64,000 nucleotides of DNA from Ignavibacteriota bacterium (lineage in GTDB: Bacteria > Bacteroidota > Ignavibacteria > UBA10030 > CAVZMI01), in assembly GCA_963776275.1 (NCBI GenBank), contig CAVZMI010000023.1:448001-512000 (forward strand), given 5' to 3'. The translations under genes were made by a program, and so were the position numbers. Below, piece after piece: positions 61,896 to 64,000 of the stretch; position 1 is the first letter of the stretch; each line of letters begins with the position of its first letter. The notes beneath the pieces were generated by a model that was not told where the DNA came from, did no database searches, and saw only the letters and a list, made by a program, of their open reading frames with translations.

Positions 61896-62426
61896 TCAGT
61901 CATCTCTTTTCTTATTGAGAACATATACAACATCTTTTGCTGGTATAAGATGGTCACGGAGAAATATCTGGGTTACCGCGTCAAGATCTCCCTCCTTATC
62001 GGAGAAGAGGAACACGACAAGGTCGGCAAGGTGCAGTTCTTTAAGCAACATTGCTTCGTCGCGAGTATCTTCAATAGAATCTATTCCCGGTGTGTCGACG
62101 ATTGAAATTCCATTCCACTCTTTCTTTGAAACACGATCGGTTTTCCGGACAGCTCCGGTCGGGAAAAATTCATCCTGCTCGATGACCGCGTTGGCCGTGG
62201 AACTTTTTCCTGCCTTACTGACCCCGGCGAATAAAACGCTTAATGTGTTTTCCTTAACTCCCGCATACGTTTTTTCGACCAATCGAAAATCGTCGATAAG
62301 ATTCGGAGGGATAACTTCTGCATAAGTGGCCACCGCATCCCATACTGAGGTTTTCAGTGCATTAATACTACCGAATGCAATACCAATGCTACTTAGAATA
62401 TGTTTTACTTCCGCCTCGAAGTTCAC
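61896..62426 (-). CDS. N-terminal part of a dynamin-like GTPase (G1-G4), ending at TGA in frame with the next ORF
   Basis: GVSKAGKSS, PTGAVRKT, DTPG, VLNKKRD. Confidence 0.8.
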   Translation of the reverse strand: MNFEAEVKHILSSIGIAFGSINALKTSVWDAVATYAEVIPPNLIDDFRLVEKTYAGVKENTLSVLFAGVSKAGKSSTANAVIEQDEFFPTGAVRKTDRVSKKEWNGISIVDTPGIDSIEDTRDEAMLLKELHLADLVVFLFSDKEGDLDAVTQIFLRDHLIPAKDVVYVLNKKRDD

Positions 62427-62572
62427 CTGTGCTCCATGTCGTGGATACCAATGGTGATAAGATAATTGTGGATGGAAAAATATTTACAATAATTCGAGAG
62501 AAGTATAGCAAGAATTTGAACTGAAATCAAGCGAGTGGAGATACGACCTTCAAGGTCTTCTCTGATATCGGG

Positions 62573-64000
62573 TTAATGTACGGTTTCCTGGATGAATATA
62601 ACTTTGGGAAATTTTTCGTTCGACTCAATATTGAAGAGATCTAGATCGAGTACTGCCGCGATTCGATACTCTTTCTCTACGGCTTTTGAGAGCGCATCGA
62701 GCGCTTCATTATCTTTATGGTATATTGCATATGCGCGAGCAAGTGCGTATTGGAATGTCGGGTTATCGGGATTTGCCTTCGCAACGTGCTGTACTTCAGC
62801 AAAACCATCGGCAAATTTTCCCAGGCGCATGGTACTGAGACCCATCATCATACGGGCTTGTGCATCGTTGGTATTTCTGTCAAGTGCCGTAGATGCATTT
62901 TTCTTTGCTTTTTCCAGATACTGATCCCCCTCAAGCCGTCTTCCGATTCCCTGATAGATCCGACCCAGACGATAAAGTATAAAATAGTCATCTGGTGATT
63001 TCGCAAGGAGGGTAAGGTACGTAGAAATTGCCAGATCGTTCATATCAGCACGATTGAACGCGTCGGCCATAAGGTACATTGTTGTTTCATAAATGTGATG
63101 TGATTGAATGCTGATCGCCCGTTTATAGTCTTGCGTTGCTTCTTTGAACCTCTGCTGAAAATGATTATTAAGGGCTGAAGCCAACCAAGCCCGGTACGAA
63201 TGCGGATTGAGTGTAGTTGCAGAACGGATATGGTCGTCTGCTGTTGAAAAATCATTGAAAACGATCGATGCGATTGCCAGCTCCGCGTGAGCATCAGCAT
63301 TGCTCGATGAAATTTGCAGCGCTTCGATTGCGGAGGTGCGTGCTTCAGAAAATCTTGCTGTCAGCCTGTAGAATGTCGCACGATCCACAATCCCGATAAC
63401 CGATTGGGAATTCAGCTCAATCGCTTTTTGAGCTGCAACAAATGCTCGATTTCCGATGTTGTTATTAGCACTTCCAAGGATTTCGCAACTATCGAGAAGC
63501 ACATATGCGAGCCATCCATAGGCATCTGCAAAGTGTGTATCACTTGTGATTGATGCTTCGAACGCAGTGATTGCACTGCTGATTGAGTTTCCTTCAATGC
63601 TGGATATTCCCTGGAAAAATTGCCCGATGGCATCGCGGCGGGAACTCGAGGACACTACAGGAAGTCCATCGAGCTCGCTGGAGAGTTCAAATGTTTCGGC
63701 AACCGCTGTGCGGAGATCCTTTCGAAGTTGTGTAAGTGATTCTAGCCGTCCCACAACTATAATATTTGATAGTTGCCGTAATGAATCTGCAATATCTAGA
63801 GTGACTTCAACCTGGTTTTTATCAAATTTCACTTTCCCTGAAATCAAGTGAGTTGCATGCATCTCCTGGAGATATTGAGAAGGCGATTTGTCCGTTCCAT
63901 TGGCAGAAATCAATGGATCGCTAACCTGAACATGGGGAATAACCGCGAGGTCGCTTGCTAAAAGAACTGCAAGTCCTTGTCCGATTCCTTCGTCGGCTCC
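62573..64000 (-). CDS. TolB-like/FlgO + TPR-repeat protein, 5'-truncated by window edge
   Basis: Frame open to base 64000 (GIGQGLAVLLASDLAVIPHVQV); multiple TPRs (KAIELNSQS, YRLGRIY, YALARAYA...A...L.KAV). Confidence 0.8.
   Translation of the reverse strand, partial: GADEGIGQGLAVLLASDLAVIPHVQVSDPLISANGTDKSPSQYLQEMHATHLISGKVKFDKNQVEVTLDIADSLRQLSNIIVVGRLESLTQLRKDLRTAVAETFELSSELDGLPVVSSSSRRDAIGQFFQGISSIEGNSISSAITAFEASITSDTHFADAYGWLAYVLLDSCEILGSANNNIGNRAFVAAQKAIELNSQSVIGIVDRATFYRLTARFSEARTSAIEALQISSSNADAHAELAIASIVFNDFSTADDHIRSATTLNPHSYRAWLASALNNHFQQRFKEATQDYKRAISIQSHHIYETTMYLMADAFNRADMNDLAISTYLTLLAKSPDDYFILYRLGRIYQGIGRRLEGDQYLEKAKKNASTALDRNTNDAQARMMMGLSTMRLGKFADGFAEVQHVAKANPDNPTFQYALARAYAIYHKDNEALDALSKAVEKEYRIAAVLDLDLFNIESNEKFPKVIFIQETVH

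Noticed and set aside
30786-61898. Alternative genetic code (TAG or TGA reassigned) or selenocysteine
   Set aside because: Many well-defined genes here end properly at TGA or TAG (ybjQ, parA, cca, tolC-family). The TGA at 61896 is not at a Cys-equivalent position.
1-64000. rRNA, tRNA, IS/transposase, integrase or prophage genes
   Set aside because: No cloverleaf, rRNA signature, or DDE/HUH/tyrosine-recombinase or phage structural motifs recognised in any intergenic region or ORF.

Overview
Gene-dense bacterial chromosomal segment. It is most likely from an Ignavibacteria-like FCB-group organism, inferred from two proteins ending in a 'QNYPNPFNP...SGxYFY...KMxxxK/R' T9SS-type sorting domain, parAB next to DUF5683/RidA, and lutABC. 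The left ~42 kb is mostly housekeeping and envelope genes: a YdaL/YdaM-like exopolysaccharide pair, a TolC-MFP-ABC efflux operon, cca, rlmI, tag, spmAB, parAB with a DnaA-box cluster, lutABC, a stand-alone GMP synthase ATPPase subunit beside a PPDK_N-type protein, and an ECF sigma/zinc anti-sigma redox cluster. The right ~20 kb is accessory. It holds a 12.5-kb co-oriented cluster of two exported caspase-family (C14) proteases, DUF4384 domains, a CHASE2 adenylate cyclase, a large T9SS beta-propeller/Ig protein and a CsgG/FlgO-like protein; this is the best candidate for an undescribed system. It is followed by a tandem pair of dynamin-like GTPases, one split by an in-frame TGA and a transmembrane insert, and a TPR protein. 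Seven of the eight single-base frameshifts I found sit on GGWCC, suggesting methylation-linked sequencing errors rather than pseudogenes. Intergenic regions carry nested REP-like palindromes and a 51-bp bipartite repeat. No rRNA, tRNA, CRISPR array, IS or prophage was recognised. All family calls are by eye from motifs; no database search was run.
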